Shown: positions 18,982 through 28,928 of the stretch, one piece after another
Layout of the letters: each line of letters starts with the position of its first letter
How positions within the stretch are numbered: position 1 is the first letter of the stretch
DNA from: a virus
Taxonomy: Duplodnaviria > Caudoviricetes
Length of the DNA: 64,000 nucleotides
Virus record (IMG/VR): IMGVR_UViG_3300033070_001371
Location: 1-64,000 of that record
Direction: 5' to 3' (one strand)
Position numbers and translations under genes: made by a program
Notes under the pieces: model-generated
The model's database searches: none
What the model saw: the letters and a program-made list of their open reading frames with translations, nothing else
Told to the model about the DNA's origin: nothing

Positions 18982-21900
18982 ATGTCTCTCATTCCCGACC
19001 CGTCCCGCAACTTCGTCAACGCGCTGTCCGGCTTCTGGACGGCCTTCTTCCGCGACGTCGAGGAGCTCCAGGCGTACTACGAGGGCGTGCAGCTCAACCT
19101 CGGGCAGATCTACCTGGAGATGCTCCAGGTGATTCTCGGCACGAGCCTCAAGGACATGCCGCTGTTCAGCCGGTACTACTACAAGTACCTGGAGCTGCGC
19201 CGCGACCGCCTGTTCTACGTCGAGGGGCCATCGCCCGCCGAGGACACGTACGCCTTCGCGCCCGACGAGCTCGCGCTCGCCGACGTGGCGAGCATCCTCA
19301 ACCGTGTCGTTGCGCCCACGGCGACGCTGGCCCGCACGCGCGACTATTACGTCGCCGAGGGTGAATTGCGATTCGCACGCGACTTGTTCAACGTCGACGG
19401 CAACGGCACGACTGAACCGCTGTTTCCGGTGCGCACCTTGCCCGTCGTTGAACCTGCGCGGTTCACTGATCCTGCGGGGCGCGACTGGGCGGCGGCCGGC
19501 GTCAAGATCGGGGATTGGTTTCGGTTGCGCGTGCTCGGCGGCGGCAGCCCGATCCTTGTGCGCGTCGTAGGCGTCGACGGTGCGTCGCTGTTGCTCGGCG
19601 ACACCGCCCCGGAATTCGAGCAGAACTTCGCGAGGCGCACCGCCCGCATCGGCGTCGTGCGTACGCCCTTCGATCGCGAAAAGATCGGCGTGCCACTGCC
19701 GGCAAATCCTCGGCGCACAGTGCGAGCCTCGACGAACACCACTGACGCGGGACTGGTCGCAGGGACTACGACCGTCGACTTCAGCGCCGAGCCGTACTTC
19801 AAGGGCGTCTGGACGCCAACCACGTCGTACGCAGCGGGTGACCTCGTCGTTAACGGCATCTGGCCGCTATACCGCGCCAAAGACGCGCACGTCTCTGGGT
19901 TGGCGTTCGATCCATCGAAGTGGGATCTGATCCTCAACTGCTACCTCTACGTTGACGACCCTGAGTCGGTCGAAAACAGCGGGCTGTACTACTGCTTCGG
20001 CGGTACGAACTTTGGTGTCGTCACGCTATCACGCCCCGGCAACTTCGTGTCTACGCTCAGCAACCGGGCCCGCATCACGTTCGTCTTCTACTCCGGGACA
20101 TTCACGGCGAACATGCAGCCTGAGTTGCTGCTGCCGCAGACGTACCTCGACGCCGGAAGCCTCGCCGTCATTGCTCGCCGTGCTCAGCCCGTGCGCGTGC
20201 AAAACCCTGACAGCTCCGTCACAACCTACACAGCTGGCGAAGCCGTGGTCGAGGGCGTCGATTACGTCGTCGACTATGAGACCGGAAAGATTACGGTGCG
20301 CTCCGCTTGGAGCGACGCGCTGCCTGCCCGTGCAAACTACACGTGGATGCGCGACGTTGCGATCTACGACTACGTCGACAAGGGCGCGTACACGGTCTTT
20401 ACGGCGTACAACGTCGGCGACATCGTGACCAACAGCGGATCGGTCTACGTCTGCTACGCCCCTGACCCGGGCAGCCCGGCTTTCAGCCTTGCCTTCTTCA
20501 AGCTCTACGTAGCGCCATTTGCGTTCAACGTCGCAGTGAGCGTGCCTGTTATGGCCTTGTGGGGCTCGAACACGCTGATCGACGAGGACGCACTCTACAA
20601 CAACTTCGGATACTTGCTCGACTACAAGAAGCCAACGAGCGAACAGTACCGCGCGTTTTTGCGTGGCGTTGCCCAGCTCTTCCTGCTGGGGCCGACGCTG
20701 GAACGCTTCGAGAGCGCCATGAACGTCATGGCCGGCTTCCCCGTCGTGCGTGACGACAACGAAGTGTTGCGGAGTTACGACAACGGCATCTTCACCTCTG
20801 GTGCGGACGGCCAGTTGATCGACTCCAGCGAGGGGCGCGATGGCACGCTTGACGCAACGTTGGAACAGTTTTCGTCACCCACGGCAGGGTTCTTTCCGTC
20901 AGATATCGGCGCCGTGATCCGCGTGCAAAACGGTACGTCGGTCGATGAATACACCGTCACGGCCGTGCTCTCTCCGACCACGGCGGCAGTGGTGCCTGCG
21001 CCACCCAACGCCACGGGTCTCGTCTGGAGTTACACGCACGTTGCGTTGACGACGCGCTTCCGCGTGACATCAGGCTCGTACCTTTTCGGGCAGGAAGACG
21101 TCAACGGTTCGATCATCATCCAAGGCTCCGGCTTTGCGCGCAACAACGGAGTGTTCCGTATCCTGGCCATCGAGAACATCACGACGGTCATCTTGGAGAC
21201 GCCCTACGGCTTCACGGACCAAAGCTCGATCGCGTGGCAACTTTCCCGCACCAACCAACAAACCGTGCGTACGTCGCGTGCGCAATACGACTTTCCGTTG
21301 CTCGTAACGATGCGCTCCGACGTAGTCGACCCCGCAAACGTGGACGTACTGACGTTCCGTGCGTTCGAAGCATTGACCGACGCATTCCGAGTCGTCGACT
21401 ATCTGCGAGATCCCACGTGGTGGCACAACGTTGTGATCCCTGGCGATGTACTCAAGCTCGACGTGGACGTCGCTGCGCGCCGCAAGGTTTCGCCGACACT
21501 GATCGAGCATGTTTACGGAGCCCTCGACTCGCCGGTCTACGGCGACTTTGGCCTCGCCTACGGTGTTGACGACGAGGGTGAACCGGGCACCGCGCGCGCA
21601 GGCAAGGCGTGGTGGTACGGTGCAAACAGTGTCGTGCTCGCATTCGACCCCGATGTGCCAACTGCTCGCCTGCGCGACGTAGGGCAACACCTCGTTGTGC
21701 GGACGCCCGGCTTCAAGGGCTTCTTTCCGATTGAGTCTGTGCAGCCAGACGGCGTCACACTCACGCTCGGGCGCTTCCCGCCTCCCGAGGCCGAGGGCAC
21801 GACCCCGCCCATGCAGATCGACGTGGAGCTGCCGCCGCTGCTCTACCGGCGCACTGTCGCGTTCGTCATGATGGACCGGTTCCTCAAGTACCACGCCATC

Positions 21901-22548
21901 TCAATCCGAATCGACAAGAACACTCCTCTGCCGAGCGAATTCATTGGCGACGTGACGCGCCTGATCAGCGAGGCCAAGCCGAGCCACACGTACATCTATC
22001 TCGACTCGCTCACGGACTTCGTCGACCGCGCGCGACTGCTCGAAGACTTCACGCTCGGCTACGGTCCGTTGATGACTGAGCCGGTGTGGAACGTGCCGAA
22101 CAACCTCGTCTACGGCCCGCCGGGGATCGTGCGCTACGGCGACGCGTTCCAATACACCGAGACCTCAACGGGTGTGACGGATGTGCCGGGCACGTACCTG
22201 TTGCCGTTCGTGCTGCCTCCGGGCGACACGCAAGTCACGTTGGTGAAGGCTCGTTTTGACCCTGCCGTGCTGATCGGCGGGGTGCGCCGGCCTGCCGAAG
22301 GCGTCGACTACCTGATCAACTACACCTCGATGCAGATCACGATCATCGGCGGGTTCCCTGCCGGGCCGAACACGCTGCACTACGTTTACTGTGTTCGCCG
22401 CTACCGTGACGTGCTCGATCCGCTCGACCCAGGCGAGACGCGCCTCGCGTATGGCGGTACGGACCCGACGATCTACCGTGCGAGTACCCAACCGGCCAAC
22501 GAGCTCGGCTTGGTCGATCGCGCGGTGCAGATTACTCTTGGTCCGTGA
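18982..22548 (+). CDS. Large baseplate wedge protein (gp7/I-like) with CBM5/12-like and beta-barrel repeats
   Basis: LYNNFGYLL...YRAFLRG and KPSHT wedge motifs; WTPTTSYAAGDLV and YTVFTAYNVGDIV repeats; two EGVDYxxxY repeats. Confidence 0.65.
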   Translation: MSLIPDPSRNFVNALSGFWTAFFRDVEELQAYYEGVQLNLGQIYLEMLQVILGTSLKDMPLFSRYYYKYLELRRDRLFYVEGPSPAEDTYAFAPDELALADVASILNRVVAPTATLARTRDYYVAEGELRFARDLFNVDGNGTTEPLFPVRTLPVVEPARFTDPAGRDWAAAGVKIGDWFRLRVLGGGSPILVRVVGVDGASLLLGDTAPEFEQNFARRTARIGVVRTPFDREKIGVPLPANPRRTVRASTNTTDAGLVAGTTTVDFSAEPYFKGVWTPTTSYAAGDLVVNGIWPLYRAKDAHVSGLAFDPSKWDLILNCYLYVDDPESVENSGLYYCFGGTNFGVVTLSRPGNFVSTLSNRARITFVFYSGTFTANMQPELLLPQTYLDAGSLAVIARRAQPVRVQNPDSSVTTYTAGEAVVEGVDYVVDYETGKITVRSAWSDALPARANYTWMRDVAIYDYVDKGAYTVFTAYNVGDIVTNSGSVYVCYAPDPGSPAFSLAFFKLYVAPFAFNVAVSVPVMALWGSNTLIDEDALYNNFGYLLDYKKPTSEQYRAFLRGVAQLFLLGPTLERFESAMNVMAGFPVVRDDNEVLRSYDNGIFTSGADGQLIDSSEGRDGTLDATLEQFSSPTAGFFPSDIGAVIRVQNGTSVDEYTVTAVLSPTTAAVVPAPPNATGLVWSYTHVALTTRFRVTSGSYLFGQEDVNGSIIIQGSGFARNNGVFRILAIENITTVILETPYGFTDQSSIAWQLSRTNQQTVRTSRAQYDFPLLVTMRSDVVDPANVDVLTFRAFEALTDAFRVVDYLRDPTWWHNVVIPGDVLKLDVDVAARRKVSPTLIEHVYGALDSPVYGDFGLAYGVDDEGEPGTARAGKAWWYGANSVVLAFDPDVPTARLRDVGQHLVVRTPGFKGFFPIESVQPDGVTLTLGRFPPPEAEGTTPPMQIDVELPPLLYRRTVAFVMMDRFLKYHAISIRIDKNTPLPSEFIGDVTRLISEAKPSHTYIYLDSLTDFVDRARLLEDFTLGYGPLMTEPVWNVPNNLVYGPPGIVRYGDAFQYTETSTGVTDVPGTYLLPFVLPPGDTQVTLVKARFDPAVLIGGVRRPAEGVDYLINYTSMQITIIGGFPAGPNTLHYVYCVRRYRDVLDPLDPGETRLAYGGTDPTIYRASTQPANELGLVDRAVQITLGP

Positions 22549-23054
22549 ACGCGCTCATCCAGCACCTCCAGGCGCCGACGCTCAAGCCGGAGTTCAAACT
22601 TCGAGGCGACATCCAGATCGAGACGTGGCGACCGGGGGACCGCCGACCTTTACGGCGTTATGCCCTCCGCAACCAAATTACGTACAACGGCTTCAATTCG
22701 CCGCTGTACCTCTGGACCCAGGATTCAGGCGTTCCGACCGACTGGCGGATGGTCAAACTGGTGCCCGGCACCAACGGCACGCCTCCGACGATTGGCGATC
22801 TCGCACTCGGTAGCCCGCTCGGTCCCGCCGACGAGATCAACCTCGTGGCGGCGAACCGAACAGTCGTGCCTGCGTCAGGCGAGTTGGTGATCACCGGAAC
22901 GCTGACGACGCTTCAGGCTAATGGGCAATCCCTGCGCGAAGTGGGACTCGTCCTCGGCAACGGCCAACTGTTCGCGCGACAAGTCTACCCTGTGATCTCG
23001 AAGACCGGTGCCATTACCGTCACGTACACGTGGCGCATCGCAGTCACCGCGTAA
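22545..23054 (+). CDS. Tail collar or fibre attachment protein
   Basis: LREVGLVLGNGQLFARQVYPVISKT...TYTWRI motif, typical of the N-terminal domain of tail fibres. Confidence 0.65.
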   Translation: MNALIQHLQAPTLKPEFKLRGDIQIETWRPGDRRPLRRYALRNQITYNGFNSPLYLWTQDSGVPTDWRMVKLVPGTNGTPPTIGDLALGSPLGPADEINLVAANRTVVPASGELVITGTLTTLQANGQSLREVGLVLGNGQLFARQVYPVISKTGAITVTYTWRIAVTA

Positions 23055-23067
23055 GGACCCGAGGACC

Positions 23068-25860
23068 ATGGCGAACTTCGACGAAAACGTAAACCTGAAG
23101 CAAGGTTCCGATACTGGACAGGCTGACGACGCGTCGATCCAGCCGATCGGCCCTGCCGAGGTGGTCTGGAGTGGCACCGACAACCGGCCACTGGAGAACC
23201 TGCGCGCGCGCACGGAGATCCTCCGGCGCTACATGCAGAACGTCCTGTACTACCTCGACTACGACCGATGCCTGATCATCCGCTCGAATGCGGCGTTCAC
23301 GCTGACCGAGCCGGTACCCGGGACGTTCGAGCTGTCGATGGTCGGCGACGATCTGTGGCTCTATCCCTCGCTCACGCCCGGCCCAAACAGCGGTGGGCGC
23401 GTACGCGGCGGGCGTGTCTTCGTCGGCGGCGTACCGTACTCTGGCACGCCTCTGGTCAACGACCTGATTCTGACGGCCAGCGCGCAGTACACGGGACAGC
23501 GCGGCTACTTCGACGCCGACGATTTCGCGACGGCCAACAGCCTCTCGCTCGGCGCCAACCGTATCGCAGTCGATCTGATCGCAGACCCTGCGCTCGCGAC
23601 GAACGTGTTTCAGTTCTTCGTCACTGAGTTGCCGAAGACGAAGATCACGATCCGTTACGGCACCAATGGCGGCACGACGACGCTGGCTGCGCTGATCGCT
23701 GCGATCAACGCCGACCTCACGTCGCAGGGTACGTACGGCGTGGCCAACTTCCTGCGCGCGACGACGACAGCTGCGGCTCCGGCGGCGGTGTTCCCCACGC
23801 CGTTCACCGGAGGCCTCGTGCAAGGTGCGTACGACGCGGAGACGCATCAGGTCACGGCTGCGCAGATGGTGGCGTTCTTCGCTGCCACCGAGGGCGGAGT
23901 ACAGGTCAACCGCTTGCGCCCCGGGGAGGGTCTCGCGATCGGGTACCCGAAGGGGCCCGTGGAGAGCGGTGTGCCGACCCCGCGCGGCGGCCGACGCCAG
24001 TCGATCTGGGATCTGCCCACGGACCGCATCGGAGGCAACACCTCGAACATCACGCCGCTCGTTGGTTGGTCGCTCTTCTCCACAGGCCGCGAGCCCGAGA
24101 AGATTCCGGGCGCCGTGCCCATCGGCAAGATGGTCAACAACGAGTTCGTCTTCATCGACGGCACGCGCATCGCAGTCGGTGAGACGATTCGTTTGGGCGA
24201 AAGCCGCGTGATGAAGGCCGCGCTCGCGAGCACGGTCTTCGGTTCTTCGGGCGCCGCGCTCGTGGGCTACGACGGTTCCGGTCTGTGGAACAGTGACGCT
24301 GCTGCGTCGCCCAACCCTAGCCTCCCGTCTGGCACCGTGGAGGCCGCGCTCGACGCCGTGGTGGCGCACCTCGCGCCCACCGCCGCCAACAATAGCGGTG
24401 CGCGCCGCATCGGTATTGAGAGCGTCGCAGGCAACGTCACGACCGGCAATCGGCCTTTGGCGCGCACGCTGGGCTCGGTGCGACAGGCTCTGGACGGTCT
24501 GCTCAACACCGCCCCGACTCCGACCACGGGCGGCGGTGTGAACTTCCGCGTCAACGAAGACGGCCACGAGCTCAAGGGCCAGAACCCGATCAACAAAGAC
24601 TTTACGGCGTTGTCCAACGGCGCGCGTCGTTTCTCGGCGTATCTGCGCAGCACCGGAGACATCTTCTCGAACCGCAGCGGCTCGATCGACTGGGCTGACA
24701 TTCAGTTCGCTCCGTTCTGGTTCGGCGCTGGATCAGCGCTCAATGCTACGGAGCCCGTGAGCGCGGGCACCAGCGCGTCGCGCTTGACGCTCAGTGACGC
24801 AGGCATCGCTGGGCGCTTCCCGAACATCTGGCCGTTCTTGCCGGCGTTCATCTCCTACAACATCGACGACCCCTTCGACGGGGCGCTGATCCCTCTCATC
24901 TTCATCAAGGTGGAGGGCTTGACATCCCCGACGGGGAACGAGAACGGCATCTACATCTTTGACCGCTTCACGAGCGACGCCGGCCCGACGCTCGGTGAAT
25001 TCATCCTGCGCAAGTTGGACAACACCAGCGCTGACTTCTCGGCGGTTACGAGCTACGTAGGCGCGACGGTCAGCTTCCTGACTGGGCAGTACACCGGCGG
25101 CACCAATTCGATCACGAAGTTCGGGTTCCACCAGCCGCCGTCGCAGTACGCAGGCATGGTTATCGGCTCGGCGTCGAACGACGTTCCATGGCTCGAAGTG
25201 CTGACGAATGACACGCCCGGCTTTTCGCCGGGTTTTGGACAGCCCGTCACCAAGGGCGCGGTCTTCTGCGGCAACCGCGCACGCTGGCGCGTCGGCGCAG
25301 TGAACGAACGCAACACCGAGAACATCCTCGTCACCGGCGACAAATCGTTGCTCGACGGCGTCGAAACGGGCGTGACGGTCGATGCGACCACGAACCACCA
25401 CCACGGCGGTACGTACACGCGCACGTACTTGTTCACGCAAGAGGTACAGCTTGTCGACCGCAGCGACCTCCACACCGTCGGCCTCGGTACGTCGCTCTTC
25501 TTGCCCACTCCCGTCTCGATTGACGGCGTCACGGCCGCTGTACCCTCCGGCTATTCGATTGTCGGTTGGCTCTGCCGCATCCGCATCCAGGCGTCGATCA
25601 ACAACGCCGCGTTGCTGACGACGACGTACACCTTGCCGTTTCGTTCTGACAGCACGGACCCAAATCCGATCCTCACGGTCGAAGGCCACGCGCAGTCATG
25701 GAACGCGGGTGGCGTCAACGACAGTTACGCCAACTACGCGCAGGTGCTACGCCCGAGCCCGACGTTCGGTGACGTCGAGTACCGCGTCGCGGCGCGCACC
25801 AACGCCACATTTGGACGCCTAATCGTGATGTGCTCAGGCTACATCTTGCGCCGCACTTGA
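23068..25860 (+). CDS. Tail fibre or receptor-binding protein
   Basis: ATG at 23068 after GAGGA; NRPLENLRARTEIL N-terminal motif, GAALVGY/TVEAALD fibre repeats and an HHHGG metal motif. Confidence 0.65.
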   Translation: MANFDENVNLKQGSDTGQADDASIQPIGPAEVVWSGTDNRPLENLRARTEILRRYMQNVLYYLDYDRCLIIRSNAAFTLTEPVPGTFELSMVGDDLWLYPSLTPGPNSGGRVRGGRVFVGGVPYSGTPLVNDLILTASAQYTGQRGYFDADDFATANSLSLGANRIAVDLIADPALATNVFQFFVTELPKTKITIRYGTNGGTTTLAALIAAINADLTSQGTYGVANFLRATTTAAAPAAVFPTPFTGGLVQGAYDAETHQVTAAQMVAFFAATEGGVQVNRLRPGEGLAIGYPKGPVESGVPTPRGGRRQSIWDLPTDRIGGNTSNITPLVGWSLFSTGREPEKIPGAVPIGKMVNNEFVFIDGTRIAVGETIRLGESRVMKAALASTVFGSSGAALVGYDGSGLWNSDAAASPNPSLPSGTVEAALDAVVAHLAPTAANNSGARRIGIESVAGNVTTGNRPLARTLGSVRQALDGLLNTAPTPTTGGGVNFRVNEDGHELKGQNPINKDFTALSNGARRFSAYLRSTGDIFSNRSGSIDWADIQFAPFWFGAGSALNATEPVSAGTSASRLTLSDAGIAGRFPNIWPFLPAFISYNIDDPFDGALIPLIFIKVEGLTSPTGNENGIYIFDRFTSDAGPTLGEFILRKLDNTSADFSAVTSYVGATVSFLTGQYTGGTNSITKFGFHQPPSQYAGMVIGSASNDVPWLEVLTNDTPGFSPGFGQPVTKGAVFCGNRARWRVGAVNERNTENILVTGDKSLLDGVETGVTVDATTNHHHGGTYTRTYLFTQEVQLVDRSDLHTVGLGTSLFLPTPVSIDGVTAAVPSGYSIVGWLCRIRIQASINNAALLTTTYTLPFRSDSTDPNPILTVEGHAQSWNAGGVNDSYANYAQVLRPSPTFGDVEYRVAARTNATFGRLIVMCSGYILRRT

Positions 25861-25879
25861 TTCAGGCTCTCACTCCAAC

Positions 25880-25919
25880 GCAAATGGCCCCGGAGGCGTC
25901 AACCTCCGGGGCCATTTGC
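25880..25919. terminator. Bidirectional intrinsic terminator
   Basis: Perfect 17-bp inverted repeat GCAAATGGCCCCGGAGG-cgtcaa-CCTCCGGGGCCATTTGC between the convergent fibre and RNR genes. Confidence 0.8.
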
Positions 25920-25940
25920 TTTACGCCGTTCGGACGCGGT

Positions 25941-28346
25941 TTACTTCGCAGGCAGCTCGCAGATGCCTCCCGAGCACCACTTGTCGTCGGTGTCGTGCTC
26001 GACCGTCAGCTCCGGCAGCGCGGAGAGCTTGGCGTTCGCCTCTTCGTACTGTTCCTTGGTGCACGGGATGTACGGCGCTTGGAGGAAGCCATGGTTGGAG
26101 AGCGGGAGGAACGAAACGCACTTCCACTGTCCCTCGTAGCACTTCAGCAGGCGCGCCAACGTGTCCGCCTCGTGCGGCTGAAACGTCAGCGTCGCGGACA
26201 CCATGTTGTCGCTCCAGTAACGCTGAAGCGCAGTGAAGATCTGCGCCTGCTCCCACAGACCCAGTTCTTCCGACGTGAGCACGCCGGGCTTGGTCTCGCA
26301 CGGGAAGTACACGACCATCGTGCGCGGCGTCGTACGATCCTTCTCGACGCGGTAGCCAGCCTCTGCGAGTTGCTTGACCAACGGAGAGCGGTAGTCGAAG
26401 CGGATCGTGCGCATGTAGTAGCGCGCAGTCGGCGCCTTCATTCCGCCCTCGACGCCCGCGAGCAACGGCGTCGTGCCGCCCGGCTTGATCGACGTGCTCT
26501 TGATCGACTCATTGACCCCGAGCCAACCCGAGTACTCGACGTCCCACTTGCGGATCTCGCGGTACCCCGTATCCCACCAGCGGATGCACTCTTGGAGGCC
26601 GAGCTTCGAGTACTGTTCGATCACGCCGGCCATTGACGTGCCGATGCGGCGGTTGCGCACCATGACCGCGTTGGTGCGCTTGTTGTGCGTGGGCACCAAC
26701 GTGACCGCCTTGGCGTAGCGGTACGCGTACTTCAGTGTCATCAGGTAGTCGTCGAGGTCCTCGTGCTTCGTCGGGTACGTCTCGACGAGGCAGCACAACT
26801 CCATGTCGTGCAGCGTCTGCTCTCCGCACGGATTGAACCCCTTGGCGTTGCGGTCTTTCCAGTTCGGCGGGTCGATCAGGCGGCCGTATGCGCGGATCAC
26901 GTCGAGCCACGCATAGCCCGGCTCACCGTTGAGTACGGTGCTCTCGGCGAGCTTGCCGTAGTCGTAACCTTGCGGGCACAACGCGGTGTTGTTCGAGGCC
27001 CAGAGGTACGACATGAGCGGGTGCGCGTCGATCTCGGCGTTGAGCGCCGTCCACGCAGCATCACTCTCCAACAACGCCTTCTGCTTCTTCTCCAGCTTGT
27101 CGATCTTGGCCTGGATGACGCCGAACTCTTCGTCGAGAACGCTGAGTCCCTTCTCCTTGCGCTTCTTGCGATGCTTGTTGATCTTCGCTTGAATCGTGAG
27201 CCAAGCCGGATTGCTCTTTTCGATCTCGCTCAAACGAGCGCGCATTGCGTTGAGCTCGGTGGGGTCCTTGAGCGTGATGAAGTCGGTGTCCTCCGGGTCT
27301 CCGAGCGCGATCTCCGAGCTGCGGCGCACGTTGCCCGCGACGACGCACTTGCCAATCACATTCATGATCGACGTGATGGTCTTGCCGCTGATCGGCTGAT
27401 CGACAACGGCGTAAAGCATTGCCGTTAGCGTCGTGAGCAGTTGTTCCAAAGGCTTTGGACCGCTCGCGGTCCCTCCAAAGGTCTTGAGAGGCGCGCCCTC
27501 CTTGCGAACCTTCGAGAAGTCCCACGCGCGAGGCAAAGCACCTTTGCCGGTGAACGCATCGAGCACGATGCGAACGCACTTGATCCAGCCTTCACGATCG
27601 TCGCTCACCACGTGCGTTGCGAGAGACGTGACAGGAGTGACAAGCGTCACCAGCCCCGCTCCGCGCAGATCGAACCCCATGCCAACGCCCAGCATAGAGT
27701 AATCCATGAGCACGCAGAACGGCTCGGCCAAGTCGTGCTCGATGTTCTCTGTCGAAACGAAGCCGCAGTTGTTGAGTGCGGCCGAGCCCTTGAGCTCCAT
27801 GGCTTCGGTGCCCATGAACCACAACCCGCGACCGGGCGGCGTGAACTTGAACAACCACATGCGCGTGAACATCTCCTGCGCATGGTGCTGCTCCTCCTCG
27901 TCGCTCCACGCCTGCCCCGTGTCGCGCACCTGCTGCTTGAGGATCGAGCTGACGCCTTCGACGACGCGCAGCACGGTTTGCCAGTACTGTTCGTGCGTCT
28001 GCTTGTTCTTTTTGGCGAACTCGTGCGCCGCGACTTCGTCCATGCCTCGGAACAACATGGCCTGCTCCTTGAGCAGCGCTTTGGACACGGGCCGCGCGTA
28101 GGTGCGCTCGTAGGTGATCCGGCTCAGGATGCCGAAACCCCACGCAGGCTGCTTGTCGACGTAGCGGGCGACGAACGCGGGATCGAGACGGAAACGATTC
28201 TCCTCGCGAAGAACGAAAACCTTGTCCTCCTTGTCGCGACGACGACGTGCGGTCGCACGGCGCAGCTGCTTCGTCTCAGGACGGACGAGGGCAGCGGAGG
28301 CGGAGGTTGAAACAAAAGACGACGGTGCAGGAAACCCTTCGATCAT
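25941..28346 (-). CDS. nrdJ: Class II (adenosylcobalamin-dependent) ribonucleotide reductase, monomeric type
   Basis: PPGRGLW, NNCGF, GGTASGP, GNVRRSSEI, NPCGEQ, CCLVE, RRIG, IKPGGT and the C-terminal CSGGIC. Confidence 0.9.
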   Translation of the reverse strand: MIEGFPAPSSFVSTSASAALVRPETKQLRRATARRRRDKEDKVFVLREENRFRLDPAFVARYVDKQPAWGFGILSRITYERTYARPVSKALLKEQAMLFRGMDEVAAHEFAKKNKQTHEQYWQTVLRVVEGVSSILKQQVRDTGQAWSDEEEQHHAQEMFTRMWLFKFTPPGRGLWFMGTEAMELKGSAALNNCGFVSTENIEHDLAEPFCVLMDYSMLGVGMGFDLRGAGLVTLVTPVTSLATHVVSDDREGWIKCVRIVLDAFTGKGALPRAWDFSKVRKEGAPLKTFGGTASGPKPLEQLLTTLTAMLYAVVDQPISGKTITSIMNVIGKCVVAGNVRRSSEIALGDPEDTDFITLKDPTELNAMRARLSEIEKSNPAWLTIQAKINKHRKKRKEKGLSVLDEEFGVIQAKIDKLEKKQKALLESDAAWTALNAEIDAHPLMSYLWASNNTALCPQGYDYGKLAESTVLNGEPGYAWLDVIRAYGRLIDPPNWKDRNAKGFNPCGEQTLHDMELCCLVETYPTKHEDLDDYLMTLKYAYRYAKAVTLVPTHNKRTNAVMVRNRRIGTSMAGVIEQYSKLGLQECIRWWDTGYREIRKWDVEYSGWLGVNESIKSTSIKPGGTTPLLAGVEGGMKAPTARYYMRTIRFDYRSPLVKQLAEAGYRVEKDRTTPRTMVVYFPCETKPGVLTSEELGLWEQAQIFTALQRYWSDNMVSATLTFQPHEADTLARLLKCYEGQWKCVSFLPLSNHGFLQAPYIPCTKEQYEEANAKLSALPELTVEHDTDDKWCSGGICELPAK

Positions 28347-28355
28347 GAAATCCTC

Positions 28356-28928
28356 TCAAATGTTCGTGGTGGACTTGCGCCGCATCCGCCGCGTGCGCGG
28401 CGTGGACGACGGCGTGAGCAACGCGTGCACAACTTCGGCTTGCTTCCGAGTTGAGCAGCGAGTGCGCTGGTGTGCAGCTCGGGCGATCTGCGCGAGGACG
28501 ACGGCATCAGCTTCGTTGTCGTCGGTGAGCGCGGTGCCCCACTGCTGGTTTACGGCGTTCAGTACTTCGTCTTTGTCGGCGTCGCCCCTGCCAGCGGCGA
28601 AGAGCTTGAGTTGGGACGGCGCGACGACGAGAGGCTCCACGGCTTTTAGATGGTAGAGCGCGAGTCGAACGACTCCACTGGCTTCTCCGAGGTCAAACTC
28701 CCGGTGGACGCTGTCTAGGCTCGGCCCTTCTAGTGCTGCATGCAAAACGATCGCATTGCGCGCAGTGAGCGCGTCGACAACGAAACGATAGATTGCAGTC
28801 AGCCGCTTAGCGCCGCGCACCTTCTCGCCTACCCTAGTGGTAGCCGTGTGCACCACGGTTCCGTCGGGCGCGACGAGTGCGAGGCCCGGCCGCTGAAGCG
28901 ATTGATCGACGCCGAGGTAGAGTTGCAT
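28356..28928 (-). CDS. ruvC: RuvC-like Holliday junction resolvase
   Basis: YLGVDQSL, ALEG, LGEASGVVRL, PSQLKLFAAGRGDADKDEV, DDNEADAVVLA. The start is probably MQLYL at 28928 (alternative 28946). Confidence 0.85.
   Translation of the reverse strand: MQLYLGVDQSLQRPGLALVAPDGTVVHTATTRVGEKVRGAKRLTAIYRFVVDALTARNAIVLHAALEGPSLDSVHREFDLGEASGVVRLALYHLKAVEPLVVAPSQLKLFAAGRGDADKDEVLNAVNQQWGTALTDDNEADAVVLAQIARAAHQRTRCSTRKQAEVVHALLTPSSTPRTRRMRRKSTTNI

Noticed and set aside
23044-24567. Long antisense and alternate-frame ORFs (e.g. 23044..24567, 31197..32489, 33488..34744, 56161..57399, 62002..63447)
   Set aside because: These are shadow ORFs expected at high GC. They are Arg/Ala-rich, lack motifs and overlap well-supported genes.
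2971-25860. Extracellular contractile injection system or tailocin
   Set aside because: Terminase, portal and a full replication module are present, so this is a phage.
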